This document shows, in pieces, positions 1 through 12,327 of a stretch of 64,000 nt of DNA (positions within the stretch are counted from its first letter, which is position 1; each line of letters begins with the position of its first letter). Origin of the DNA: Convolutriloba macropyga (Eukaryota); NCBI RefSeq assembly GCF_964194025.1, contig NC_134473.1, positions 14,136,001 to 14,200,000 on the forward strand, in the 5' to 3' direction. The position numbers were made by a program, and so were the translations under genes. Below the pieces are notes generated by a model that saw nothing but the letters and a program-made list of their open reading frames with translations, made no database searches and was not told the origin of the DNA.

Positions 1-2829
1 TCATCGTAGAGAGTTGTGAGTGGTATCTTTAGAAAACCCGTCCAGCGCAGAATATGGAATCAAAAAGATTTTTTTTCGGTTTTCGTTTTTTATAGGGAGT
101 TATGGAGGTGTAAAGATTTGTGAATAATTGCTATTTTTATTCACATTTTCAGTATTTTGACCATATTTTCGATAATTTTGCTGGAAAATGTTAAAATTGC
201 TAACTGTACTGTTTTTAATTTATTAATTTTATCTCTAAAGATAGAGGAGGGTTGCCGAGTTTTTTGGCTAGAATTTAAGCTAAATTTTTCAAAAATCAGA
301 CTTTTTTCGAGAAAAATGGGACCACAAATTTTTTAGCCCACTTTCTTTAAATTTGCTGGAAGTAGACACCTTAAAACTGCGGTCAAATTGTTCTTAAGCT
401 CAAGCCCAGAAAAGAGGTAGATGTAATCCCTGTGGCTTTAAGAGTTTTCTTGATCATTATTTTGCAAGTTTTTTTGCAAATTTAGACTCGATAATTACAA
501 AAAAAGCATTTTTTGACAAACTGAAAACGTTTAGTTTAAAAACTGATCTATTTAGCAATCATTTGAACAATTAACTGTTTTGTTAGACGCACAGCAATAT
601 CTGGGCTCATCTTGATTATTTATCTAAAAGTTTTTAGATTTAATTCGGGCGAGACCTTTTTTTCAAATTATTTCCGCTATGTAAATGTTTTTTATGTAAA
701 TTACTGACAAGAATCTGAAATCAGGGCTCAATTAATGGCAGATAATAATTATAAAAAGATTTCCAATGAATTTATAACTTGGTTTCAGAGTTAAGCTCAT
801 GGTTTTTATGGCTTTGACCAACTGTTTTTGTAAAAATTCTATAGACTTCTTGAGTTTTCCTTTCATTTTTTATACTTTTTGTAGCCCAATGACTTAGTTT
901 CTCCAATCAAAGATGCAGTTAGTTTTATAAGAGTTATATATAAACTCAGCCGATTCTTTAAGTTGTTATCTAGTGTCTGTTATGACTTTGAATATATTTG
1001 CTTTAAGAAAATATCGGTGAATTTTTGAACTTTGCCACTATTTTATATTATTTCGCTCACTTTCGGGTGCAGCCTCAGTAAAAACAGCAATAAACCAATT
1101 TTGTGTGAGTATTAAAAAATTGTTGGGAAATTGTTTTATATTCAACTAATGTATTTCTTGTTTTGATGGGACGCGTTTCAAAATAATTTTTTTTCATTTT
1201 CTTTTTTGAGCATAATCGCATTTTTCTAAGTCCATTTTCTTTGCTTCTCAAATTATCAATTATTGGCACATCTGACTGAAGTAAAGCAAAGTGGAAAAAT
1301 GTATAGCTTTGAAAAAAATGCGTATCCGTATATGTTAATTGTTTTTGTTGAATATTTTAAGCTTTTTGGGCTGAGACCAAGTTGGGCTGTGATCTCGCAT
1401 AATTTTGTGGATTTTATAAAGTTTTTATATGTTTGTTTTCCTTTTGTTGTTGTATGCCATATACCTGATAATGAAAGGTCTCAATTGCGTCTCTAGGGCT
1501 TACAACTCGACCTGGAAAAGATTTCAGTTTATTAATTTTTGAAAAGTTCTTTTTTCATCTTTCTCTCATTGCTTTCACCATGTAACTCAATTTCACTAAT
1601 TAGAAGTCTTGAATACTTTTGATGATTCCAGCACTTTTATCGCTCTTTGTTGCTTACGTTGTAACTGATTGCTTCGACCGTTTAATTTCAAAAAAGACCT
1701 TCGAGATTTCTATGCTGCTCAATTTTTGGATTTATTTTGTTTTCGTGTCTACGTTGTTCTTTTATATGGATGCCCCGTTGATGTTAGAATGAGGAGAAAG
1801 GGATGATTTACTGTTTTCGCAGGTAACATCTTATAAGCATAGTGCCTTGCATAGTGTGATGTCTTAAAATTGTTTAAATTTTGTCTTCCGTGTGTGTTTG
1901 TTATGTATTTTTTATTTTGTGGGGTTTTGACGTGGTCTCATTATTAACAGCCCCAATTGGCTTCATGCCTGAGGTGTTGCAACTTAATCAATCGCTTTTT
2001 GTTGAAATGTTAAATCTGTTATGGTCTACCAAATAATTGTTTTCAAAACATAATTGGGTTTTTGAGTTTCTTGGTCAAGTTGTAGCTCAGTCTCTCTAAA
2101 CACTAGGTCACAACCCGTTTGCAGTTAGCTATCAACTAACCTTTATACTTTTGTCTCTCGGCTTTGTTACTTCTTTTACTTCGAGACTTCAAAAAATGCT
2201 TGAGATCTTTATATATTTGTACAAATTATAGGATTTTTGTTCTCTTTTTGGTTTATAACAATAATCGTGAGTATTTTTGGCTTTAAAATTCTGCGCAAAT
2301 GACGATTGGATTATGGCATGTCTCAATTGCTTCCTTTGGAGATACAAATGAAAATTTCAGTGATATCAGGCGTTATCTAATGACATTAATAACTACGAAG
2401 TTAATTGTTTTCAAAAATAGAAGCAAATTTTTTAACTCTGCACCTCTTTGCTATTTTTCTCTTTTTTGTCGACCTGATAACCAGTTGAACTAATAACCAG
2501 TCCAATATGTTTTCTAATGAAGTATATGTTAATCTGTTTTTTTCTAGCTTTTATCTGATGTGAGTTTGATTTTGTTGTTTTTTTATTGTGGACATTAAAT
2601 TGTGTTCGTAAATAATGTCGGTTGCTTTAATTTTTATGGTCTTTTTTAGTAGTTCTATTATCAAAAACTTTCATGGGCCCTCTAGCGGGGCATTATTGTA
2701 TTCCATTGGTTGTATTTTCAACGATATCTATGTTTTTGATCTTTCATCATTTGGTAGCCAATTATCCCTCGAATGTGGATGAGCGGGGTAGGAACATTAT
2801 GTGCGTACGAACATTACAAGCCTCTTTGT
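1..2829 (+). mobile_element. Non-autonomous Helentron/DINE-1-like element, copy 1 (5' end just outside the window)
   Basis: Colinear similarity with 44457-47390 along its length. 3' end gagcggggtaggaacattatgtgcgtacgaacat...ctttgt. Confidence 0.75.
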
Positions 2830-3867
2830 ATGGTAAAAAAGGCTCAAATACGGCAACAATGCAAACGTGTTATGATTATGAAATAAAACATTGCATATAT
2901 ACATTTAAAAACATTAAAGAATTATACGAGATTTCAAAATCAAGCTACTTGTGCTTCTCAGGGTTGTCAAGAAGCGGCGAAGATCGTTATATTTTCCGAC
3001 ATTTAAACATCTTTCGGTTATATTTTGCGATGATCCTTTCTTTTTCTTGTGGTCCAAACTCGATTGATCACTTTTAATTGCTCTCGAACAAAGTTTCAAG
3101 CAATTATTGTAAAGTTCATCGCCCTTTTATTGCAATTTTTAGCATGGGCGTTTTCTTCTAGAGCGTTGTTTTAATTTCACTTCGCGAGTGAGTTTTTCAC
3201 GCTTGACTTTTTGATTTCTTTTGCGATTTAAATTTCTCGAAATTAGAAATTAAATTTGCTGCAAAAGCGACTGCGAGCGAAGACTGTACATAACTGTGAC
3301 GCTGAGTGGTTATTGTCGTTGACTAGCAATCGAGAGGGCGAAGTTGTCAACCCCTCCCCAGTCACAATGTTTTGCACCATAAAAGTTTATATTAGTCTAT
3401 GCCGCCTTCTAAATGGTTAGCCTCGCCGGGCATTCGAGAGCAACTCGTCCTCGTTTTATGTTTGACTTCCAGAAACTCAGAACTCAAATATTTTTGTGAT
3501 TACCGCATGATTACCGTAATCATAATTAGCGTTGTACAAGGTCGTGATACAAAACTTTTATTTAGACTTTGTTTATTAGCAGATTTTTCCGACAATTCTT
3601 TATAAGTATTGCTTTTCTTGATAAGTTTTGATAAGTTTTGGGCTTGCCATTGCATGGTTAATTTTGCTTGCATTGCCAAAATCTTGTTTGTTGATACCTA
3701 CGCAAAAATCTTGCAATTTGGCACACGTTTTTCATTACCATGCAATATGAAAGAATCTTGGCCAAAAAATTTTAACCATATTTCTTTATGGATGTCATCA
3801 AAGGACACCAAGTTGCCAAGTTTACTTTTATAGCACCCGCTTAAATTGTTTACTTTTCTCTTAACAG

Positions 3868-4160
3868 GATCATAAGCGAGGAGACAATACAGAAAAGTGC
3901 CGACTTCTATACGACCAGATACAGTCACAAGAAGCAAATTCACGAGAACACGACGTAAGACTGTACGTTGAGAAGGACTGGCCTCCCAAAGTGCAGAATA
4001 TCCAATCAAGGCCAGGTAGTTTCAATGGAAACAAAGAGGAGTCGACTGATACCGAAAGAGGGGGCAGATGTGAAAGGACGCCGTTTGATTTCATCAGTAG
4101 AGTGCAGTCCTTCACTAACAGGATGAAGAGAGAACAGAGTCCTATAATAGTAGTTGACAG
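3868..4160 (+). CDS. Receptor protein tyrosine phosphatase, R5-like (PTPRZ1/PTPRG/Ptp99A); internal exon A, D2 domain (upstream exons lie outside the window)
   Basis: Acceptor ttaacag|GAT and donor GACAG|gtgtgt (phase 2). Open frame DHKRG...EHDVRLYVEKDWPP...PFDFISRVQSFTNRMKREQSPIIVVD(R) resembles the R5 D2 segment EVRHFQCPKWPN...TFELISVI...GPMIVHD. Confidence 0.85.
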
Positions 4161-4646
4161 GTGTGTATCAACATGATGGAAATAGAAACAAACGATTCTG
4201 ATGTTGAGGCAATTGGGCTTTGATATCTTAATAAACAATTTAGTTCAGATGCGAAGCAAAACTGAAGCCATTTTGGGTCTTTTGTCGTTTTTATTTTTCA
4301 CCTGATTTCGTGGTCAATTATGGTTACGACCAAAAAATCAAAGGGTGACTTCGTTCGGTGACATGTATAACTCGTTATAGCTGAATTCATGTGCGTGATG
4401 TCATTTCTTACTGCATTTTTAGGGGTTTTGGCTCAGTTGAGTGCTAAATGTTTGCGGATAAATGACTTACCCCAAAATAAATGACTTTTGACCTACTCAT
4501 TCAATCTAAACTGAGAATCTAAATATTAATTGAAACTCAGTACAGGTCACCAGTGCAAAAAAATACAAAGTTATATTGCTTGAATTATATTAGTATTAAG
4601 AAATCGTGCTGAAAAACGGAAATCCTGCGAGAGAGACGCTTTGAAA

Positions 4647-5004
4647 GGTGTCAGGACAAAATACCCAAAATCAAAATACCCAATGTGACAAAATGCAATA
4701 TTTTATTCTTACGTTGAAACTATCAGAACGATTATTTAGCATAATTTTAGTTAGTGCAATTGGCCAAGCCTCTCTGGCCATGACAATGCCTCCCTCAGCG
4801 GCCTGTGGGACTTGTTATGAAAGTTTCACAACCCAACATGGGATTAAACTATCAACTTAATTGCGAGAAATCATGCTTGTAAATATCGAGTGCTAATTTT
4901 AATCGGATTATTGAACGAAAAGATCAAAGGAATTAAATTGGGTATAATGGCATTGGGTATTTTGGCATCGGGTATTTTGGCATTGGGTATTTTGTCATGT
5001 AACC
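4647..5004. mobile_element. MITE with 15-bp subterminal repeats, Mutator/Foldback-like
   Basis: Inverted ends ggtgtcaggacaaaatacccaa / ttgggtattttgtcatgtaacc, tandem ggcattgggtatttt units, and degenerate 9-bp flanks gctttgaaa / gctatgaag. Confidence 0.7.
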
Positions 5005-5013
5005 GCTATGAAG

Positions 5014-7698
5014 ACAAGGCGGCTCGGTAATGTGTGATCGCACATAATGTTCCGAACCGCTCACCCACATTTTCGGCATAATTGTCTGCCAAATGAGGAA
5101 CAGATGGAAAAACACAAAAAATTCAAGTATTTTTCAAAAAAAACTGGTGTATGAAAGAAAAGATAGCCTCCAAAGCAAATAAATCAGTGGAGTAAAAAAT
5201 GATGCATTAGATTGATGAAACATGCCGACATTAAGAAAGCGAGCGAAGACGAACGTCAAAATCAAACAACAACAACAAACATTAATTACATCAAAAAATT
5301 TATGTCCGTTTTGAAAAAAAAACTTTAAACAAAACAAAGTCAAAATAGCGTCAGATAAATTTGAAAATAATTAAAACAACTTGTAATTCACCAGAAAAAA
5401 AAGGTTATTCACCAGTTCATAATAAAGCTTGGTAACAATTAGACAAAAAAAACAGAAACCTTAAAGTTAAAAAATTAGCTGAATTTTTTTTTTTAAAAAC
5501 AGTTTAAGTCAAAGTAATGAAAACCATTAGGAATCATTTAAAATATCCCATAGGTTTAATATTACCAATGCTTCTATAGAAGGGAATTGAGAAATCTTGG
5601 TCTTTAATTTTTTATGCAGTTACAAAAAGATTAACAAATAGACAACAAACTAAAAATCAACTAAAACTTGCCAGAACATAGTTTGGAAGCCGCAAAGCCA
5701 TGCTTTGGGCACCAAAATATGTTCGATTGCACCTTCGTCGAACACCGATAATTTATTATGTAGCCACTCATTAATGAAAATGAGCAACAATTAGACAAAA
5801 AAGAAAAAAAGGCAAAATTATATAATACTTGTTTTTTTTTCGAAAAAAATTTTTTGACATGAAAGCCATTAATTACAAAATGAATAGATTTTTGAATAGG
5901 TTCGTCCATTCTTCCAAAGGAAGTCTTTGAGACCTGCAAATATCCAGAATATGTCTTACGTCTACAAAAAGAACGTCAAATATGACAAAAATAAAAAATA
6001 AATTTACTTTTTTTGTGAAAAATCCGTGTCGAAGACAGTAAAGTCATAACGAATTCTTTAAGAACAATAGATTTTGTGACACCAATCCCTTTTGACACCC
6101 TCCCCTGATATAAATAAAATCATTTTTAACCTTTTATCAACGAGACCAGGTAACAAACAGACAATAAATTGAATAAAATTGCGAAGTTGAAGCGATTTTT
6201 TTTCTTTTTGGAAAACAATTGTTTTCAAAGTCATGAAAGCCATTATCTATCTTCCAAAATCAGAACATCGGCTCATCATCTCTTCCAGGAAACAACAATC
6301 AAACCAGGTCATTGTACAAGAATTTAAATAGGACTAAAAAGACATAGCAAAAACGACAGTTAAAGACAAAATTAAAAAATTAAAAATTCTTCGAGAAAGT
6401 ATTGTCGAAGCGGTGAAGAAACACAATCTATATCTTTAAGGTTTTAAATATTATCAATTTTGCGTTGTTTTAAACGAGAAAAATCTGATATATGAACTGA
6501 CAATAACGTGATAATTTGACAAAACTAGAAAACATGAAAAATGGGCAAATATCTAAAAGTTTAAAAAAAAATGTGAAATCTAGTAGTATCAAAGCCAGAA
6601 CACCATAACTTATGGCCTAAAACCGCAATAAAAACTGAATGTGAACTCAGCAGAAAGAAGAAGGATTCTTTGAATGCTGACACTAAGCTACAAGTTGACA
6701 AAATTAAGAGAAAGATGGAGGCGAAGTTCAATAAGCCATTTTTATCAAATTTTTTAAATAATAAAATCAAATTTTTTAAAAGTCAAAACGACCATAAGCT
6801 TTCAAGCAATCAACTAAATAAATTATTTTGAGCTAATAAAGAAGCCAATAGGACCTATAACTAGTGAGCTTTGATTTGAAATGTTCTGTTATTTAATTAA
6901 TATAAAAAAGGACCAATTTTTTTTTTTATAAAAAACCGACTGATGACAATCCGAATTATTTTTGGATTGTAACGGTTCAAGGTTGGTACAGAACTGGTAT
7001 TGCTAATGCTGATTGACCATTAGGAATTTTCAATTTTTAGAATGTCATTGATATAGATATTTTGTTTGTTAAAAATCAAAAATAAATGCTGCGTTTTTGA
7101 TAATCAACGAATAAAGTTAGCAAAAAACGGCAGAGTTTTATTTACTAAGCACTCTTAACGGAAGTTGAAGTGGAAATCGCTCCTTTTTCAGTCCACAAAG
7201 ACTGTGTTAGTAGTGTTTGGGTGTGCACTTCCTGCAAATTTAATCAGAGTGGACTAAAGAAACTTATTTTGTGCTGTTTTTGATGAAAGAGTCTGAATTT
7301 TGTGAAATATTTAGCCAGAATTTGTGACAAAAAAAAGTTACTGAAAACAACCGACAATATATTTTGTCTTTAAATGTAAAATCAACAACATTTTCTTAAA
7401 AACATTTATTAATTTTTATCAAAATTGACAAAATTTTAGTCAAAAATTCCGAAAAAGGTGAATGAAATCAACGGAATTCACTCTATTTTCTCAAAAGTTT
7501 AAACCTCGATATCTACCTGTCAAAAACGAAAATCAAAAAAATCTTTTTAATTCCATATTCTACGCTGGACAAGCTTTCTAATGATACCAGTCTCAAATCT
7601 CTACGATGAATATATCGATCGGCCAAAATTGACTGAACAGAAAAAAACCCCATTTCAGTATATAGTTCCTCCCCCCTCAAGAGGGGTCGGAACAATAA
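5014..7698 (-). mobile_element. Helentron/DINE-1-like element, copy 2 (full length, inside an RPTP intron)
   Basis: Begins acaaggcggctcggtaatgtgtgatcgcacataatgttccg and ends ggggtcggaacaataa: reverse complements of the two termini of the 44364-47390 copy. Confidence 0.8.
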
Positions 7699-8306
7699 TA
7701 CGTTAGGCCAGTTTTTCTGAAATCACCAAATTCATTTTTCAAACTCTGCCTATGTTGTAGTTATCAATTAGCCATAATCTGTTTTTTTATCGATCTGTTC
7801 AAGAAACTTTTAAGAAAACTGCGCTGATAATCTAATTCGAAGAAAATGTCCAGCAATTTTACAAATCAACTTTTTGAGGTTTTCAATGTCTTCTAGTGCT
7901 CAAAGTTTTTAGAGAATGGTCACACATTTACTGGGTGATTATCAGACACTAAGTCAAATTTTGCTAATAATAAGATTTATGATTGTGGATGATCAGATTT
8001 TACAAAAACTTAAACTGTTGCGCTTTTTTTTCAATTTAGAGAAATGAGCGTTTCGACGATAATCTGAGGCTTGCTAAGTGACCCAAAACTATATAGCTTC
8101 TAGCACCTTACATTGGTACACTTGAAAGTGTTAAGTGACAAAAAAAGGCATCAATAAAACTAATTATGTTATAATTGACATATTCACATCACATAAATTT
8201 AATCCCTATCATACAAGATAAAAAGTTTGTTAAAATTGGAGAGAGAATTCTCAGAATAGATATTTTTTTTTCATGGAAATCACAGAATAGAATTTTCTCA
8301 TGACAG

Positions 8307-8442
8307 GTTTGGTGGTACAAGTGCATCTGTGTTCTGTGCTCTGTGGACAATGAAGAGACAGTTGGAGAGAGACTCCTTCGTAGATGTGTACCAGATTGTA
8401 AGACTATACCAGAGTGCACGCAGTGGTCTCTTCACTAATAAG
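8307..8442 (+). CDS. RPTP exon B (136 nt): D2 pseudo-catalytic loop to Q-loop
   Basis: gacag|G acceptor and AAG|gtaatc donor. Completes R, then FGGTSASVFCALWTMKRQLERDSFVDVYQIVRLYQSARSGLFTNK, matching PTPRZ1/PTPRG D2 GGVTAGTFCAL...QLE.E..VDVYQV. Not in the ORF track. Confidence 0.92.
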
Positions 8443-8926
8443 GTAATCAACCCCTAACCCATTTAGATTGACTAGAGCTAATTCAGCGCATCTTTTTCCA
8501 CCAGCAGCGCTGAAAATTACAATTAGCGCTATCATAGTCTCTCTCAAAACCTTCTCGTGATAGTCAAGTGTGAAAGTCAATAGCAAAATTGTGCAGTTTT
8601 GAACTTCTGTTTTGATCGATTGAAAAACTCGTTCTGAAATCAACGCAAAATTGGAAAAATTTAAAAATCTCTATTGAGTTTTAGACGTACCAAAAAGAGT
8701 TTGCATGAAAACTAGATTATCGGTAATTGCAATATCGAAGATTGTCGTTGATTTTGCAAGATGATTTTGCAACACGATTGTTATCTTGCTGGATATTGCG
8801 AGATTTTGGAAAAAAAAATTGCCAGACAAATGTATCGTTTTGCAAGAACTTTGACTACGCTCCAATAATCGGTATCATAAAACCGCTTTTAAATCGTTTT
8901 TATTTTTAAAGATGACCCTATTTTAG

Positions 8927-9165
8927 AGCGATTACCTGTACCTGTTCCAATCAGTAGCTAGCCACGTGAACAGCAACCGACTCCTGTCACCCAGACACCG
9001 ACTAGCAACTGCTGAGGGTAGTCCTCTTAGACCCTACAACCCCCTCGCTTTCTTCACACTCAACAACCGCAACCCTAACATACATCAGCACTCTGACAGA
9101 ACAGGGCACCGCCTGTTGCCTGGCAACAACCATGGAGGAGGTGGAAAGCTGCAACTGCAAAATAG
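8927..9165 (+). CDS. RPTP exon C: end of D2 domain and start of C-terminal tail
   Basis: ttttag|AGC acceptor in phase 0 gives SDYLYLFQSVASHV (equivalent of EQYQFLYKVIL), continuing in ORF 8966+. Donor AATAG|gttggt (phase 2). Confidence 0.85.
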
Positions 9166-9518
9166 GTTGGTTCAAATATCATTGAAAATCAGAAAACAGA
9201 ACTTTTGTCCCGCGGTTTTTTTTCGTAAACTCAGTTTGAACAATTTAATGCTTATTTTTCAGTCGGTAATACTTTTTATGACCATTTTGTAATACCTCGT
9301 ATGAAATCCATTACCATTCATGCATACATACCGTTAAAATGGTGTATAAATGTCCGAGTGTGGGCGTGGGGTAAAGCTTAATATATTTTTTTGTATGTTA
9401 TTCTTGCTGATTTTGATTCTTTCACTGGAACTGTTTTCGTTGGAACTGTTTCATGTGTATGCATACAGAATATAATGATATGCATAAATTGTAATGGACC
9501 GTCGAATATAAAAATGCT

Positions 9519-9676
9519 TTAGCTCGACTCATGAAAAAACCGTGCTCAACTTTGTTTGGCTAACAAAAGACTTAGCTGGACCTATGAAAGACTCTACCTC
9601 GACTTAAGCTAAGTGCTGGACTCATTAAAGACCCCCACTAGAATTCCAAAGGCAGTTCATGAGTCGAGGTCTGGGA
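9519..9676. repeat. Fragment of the 'atgaaaagac/ctcgac' MITE family
   Basis: Same subrepeats and 3' end (gtcgaggtctggg) as 15300-15622 and 56395-56650. Confidence 0.5.
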
Positions 9677-9843
9677 TGTTATGAGTCTACATACAACATT
9701 ACATAAGCAAAACCATGTATCAGTTGGTTCACACCGTCTAATGAACAAAAAAAACAATTTATTTACCGCAGTGAAGGGAGACAGTTTCTTTTTGCTTTCG
9801 AAAATTAGAGCTGGAAAAGAATCACGAATCACAATGTTCTTAG

Positions 9844-10111
9844 GTCTGTTGATCAACTCGACCAGCGCATTGAATCTCGCCAGAGTGTGAACAACCCCGA
9901 GAGCAGCGACAATCACTATGACTCATCACACGACGAACGAGACACTCTAACTGATTCGTACCTTTTGCCCTCAAACTTACGAGTACAACTTCCACCCTCC
10001 AGTAAACATTCGGGTCAAAAATCGCGCAAGAAAAGCAAAAGTAACCCGAACTACAGAAACTCATATAATCATATTATGTCTCATTCGCAGGACAATATAA
10101 TTTATTCCTAA
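9844..10111 (+). CDS. RPTP terminal exon D: Ser/His/Asn-rich tail to the stop codon
   Basis: cttag|G acceptor is phase-compatible with exon C. Reads RSVDQLDQRIESRQSVNNPESS...DNIIYS*, followed by further in-frame stops (taa tga tga). Confidence 0.7.
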
Positions 10112-12327
10112 TGATGAGAAAATTGTGTTCAATTAGAATTTCTGTTAATTTTCATCTGGTTAATGTGAAATCATCAATAGTGTTAATTTGTATTTTTAAT
10201 ATAGATCAGTGAGCTAATGCACAATTTATTCTTACTGCTTTTCTTGAACTCGAAAACGTAGTTGTTGGTTCTCGAAATTTGTCTCAATTGGCCACCGTTC
10301 TCGATTTTGTTTCGAAAAAGGAATGCTTTTTTTTTCGACATTTTTCTTTTTGAGACGCCTAATTCATTAAAATTCTGAGGAACAATAACAGTACATTATT
10401 TGACCGCTGTCCAAAAATCCAGAATACATACTCGATTTTGTCGGGGTTTTTCAGGAACACATGTTTTAATATTAACGTTCCAAGCATGTCGGTAGAAACC
10501 GGTGACACTAGGGCAATTTAGTTCAAAGTTCGTTATATGAGCCCCCACTGTTCTTGAAGCGCTATTATAAAAACCTGGGACAATATTTGGGCAATCGTTT
10601 CCGTGGCATATGTAACTAATTTCCACGTCATTCAATTCCACGATTACAGCGAATAAAAGAAACGAAAATGGTTATAGTGTTACAGAAATGAAAGAAAACC
10701 TTCTGGGTGATTAATTTATGAAATTTCCCTCGATACTATTATTGAGTGATGAAGACAATAGGTGGTTTCACAAATAACCATAGCACTCTTCACAAGAACA
10801 AATGAGTCTTTCAAATTGGAGTCAACATTAAAATCGGCAAATAAGTTTCAGTCTTAACATATGCTCAAATTATGGTATAATGATCTGTGAATACTTCCGA
10901 CAAAACGTACGACATTTACATCATAGAAGTAACTTATTTCCACGTTCTGCATAACTAAATTCCATTGTTGAACACATTTGACTTGTTAAAAGTGGGGACA
11001 CGTTTTGGTCACTCAATTCCACAAAACAGAGAATCTATTGAAACTTGCTTTTTAGGACATTGGCCACGTAGTGCATTGCTATTCTAAATGCAAATCTACA
11101 TACAATAACAGTAATGCAAAAATGTTTTTACATCGTTCCGTTAAAATATCTTTGACAAAGTTGCTAAAACAATTTGGAGACATGTAGTCGATTGTAGCCA
11201 AAAAATTCAACATACAGAAACAAGTCAAGTCCGTGAACGCCAGACGGTGGTCGAAACTGATTCAAAAAGTGTTACCACTAAAAGTAACCGTGGAACATTT
11301 AAAAGAAAAATTTCTCGATTAAGTCTAGGTTAGTTGTTTTTTTTTAGATAGGAAACAAGCATTTTGGATAAACCTCCTTTAAAACTTTAAAACTTTAAAT
11401 TTGAAGTTTAAATTACAAAAACATGAAGGTTTCCTTATTACCTTTTATGTAATGCGTCTTTGACCTCCACATCCTAGCATTTTTCCTATCTTTCATGCAA
11501 ATAGTTTTGCTAAGTTGTTGTCTACAATTTTAATTGCTCTGCATTTTTATTAGTTGTAAAAATTATATAGCTTTTTTTATTGTTTGGATTTTTTTCAAAT
11601 TATTTTTATTTACAAATGAATTAATTTAGCAATGTTTAGCTCATGGATTTTGCTGAAATTGCCAATGTGTCCTTCTTGATAAATTATTTCTAAAATATCG
11701 TGAGTCGTGTTTTTCTCATAACGATTCTTTGATTTTGAGTTTTCTGTTTGATACCTGATAAGTTTAAAATTGTAACAGTTTGATAGTTTGATGTCATTTT
11801 GATGACAAAAATATCTCCGAGAAGATAAAAAATATTTGATCATTTCTTTTGAGATTCAGTGATTATGTTCTCAATAATTGATGATTATGTATAAGTGATT
11901 ATGTATCCAAATCTAAGCATCTAATTATCAGATATATTAATTTTAGTTTTCTTTCTTTTTTATTTCGATATATGTTTTCCTGTCCTATGCTTTCACAATT
12001 TGTTTTTAGGTTTGGTGATTTTTTAGTGCCATAAAACTTATTATTATCCAGATCTTAACATCTTAAAAAATTTGGCCGTTTTTAAACTTTATAAGATATT
12101 TTTCTAATAAAACAAAAATGTAACACTTTCAAGACTTTACATGGTGTTTTTTGTAAAGTTTTTCTGCTTAAACAGATTTAATTTCTTTTAACCCCTCAAT
12201 TTTAAGATTGCTTCAAAAATTTCAATGCTAGAATTTCTTTTTGGTTTTAGTTTTTCAGTGGCTTTAATTTTCTCCAAAAGTTTCACCAATTTCAGTTAAG
12301 CCACAGAAAAAGAGTTTAAAAACAAAC

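Noticed and set aside
3698-4238. Minus-strand ORFs of 103 and 122 aa
   Set aside because: Antisense shadows of RPTP exon A.
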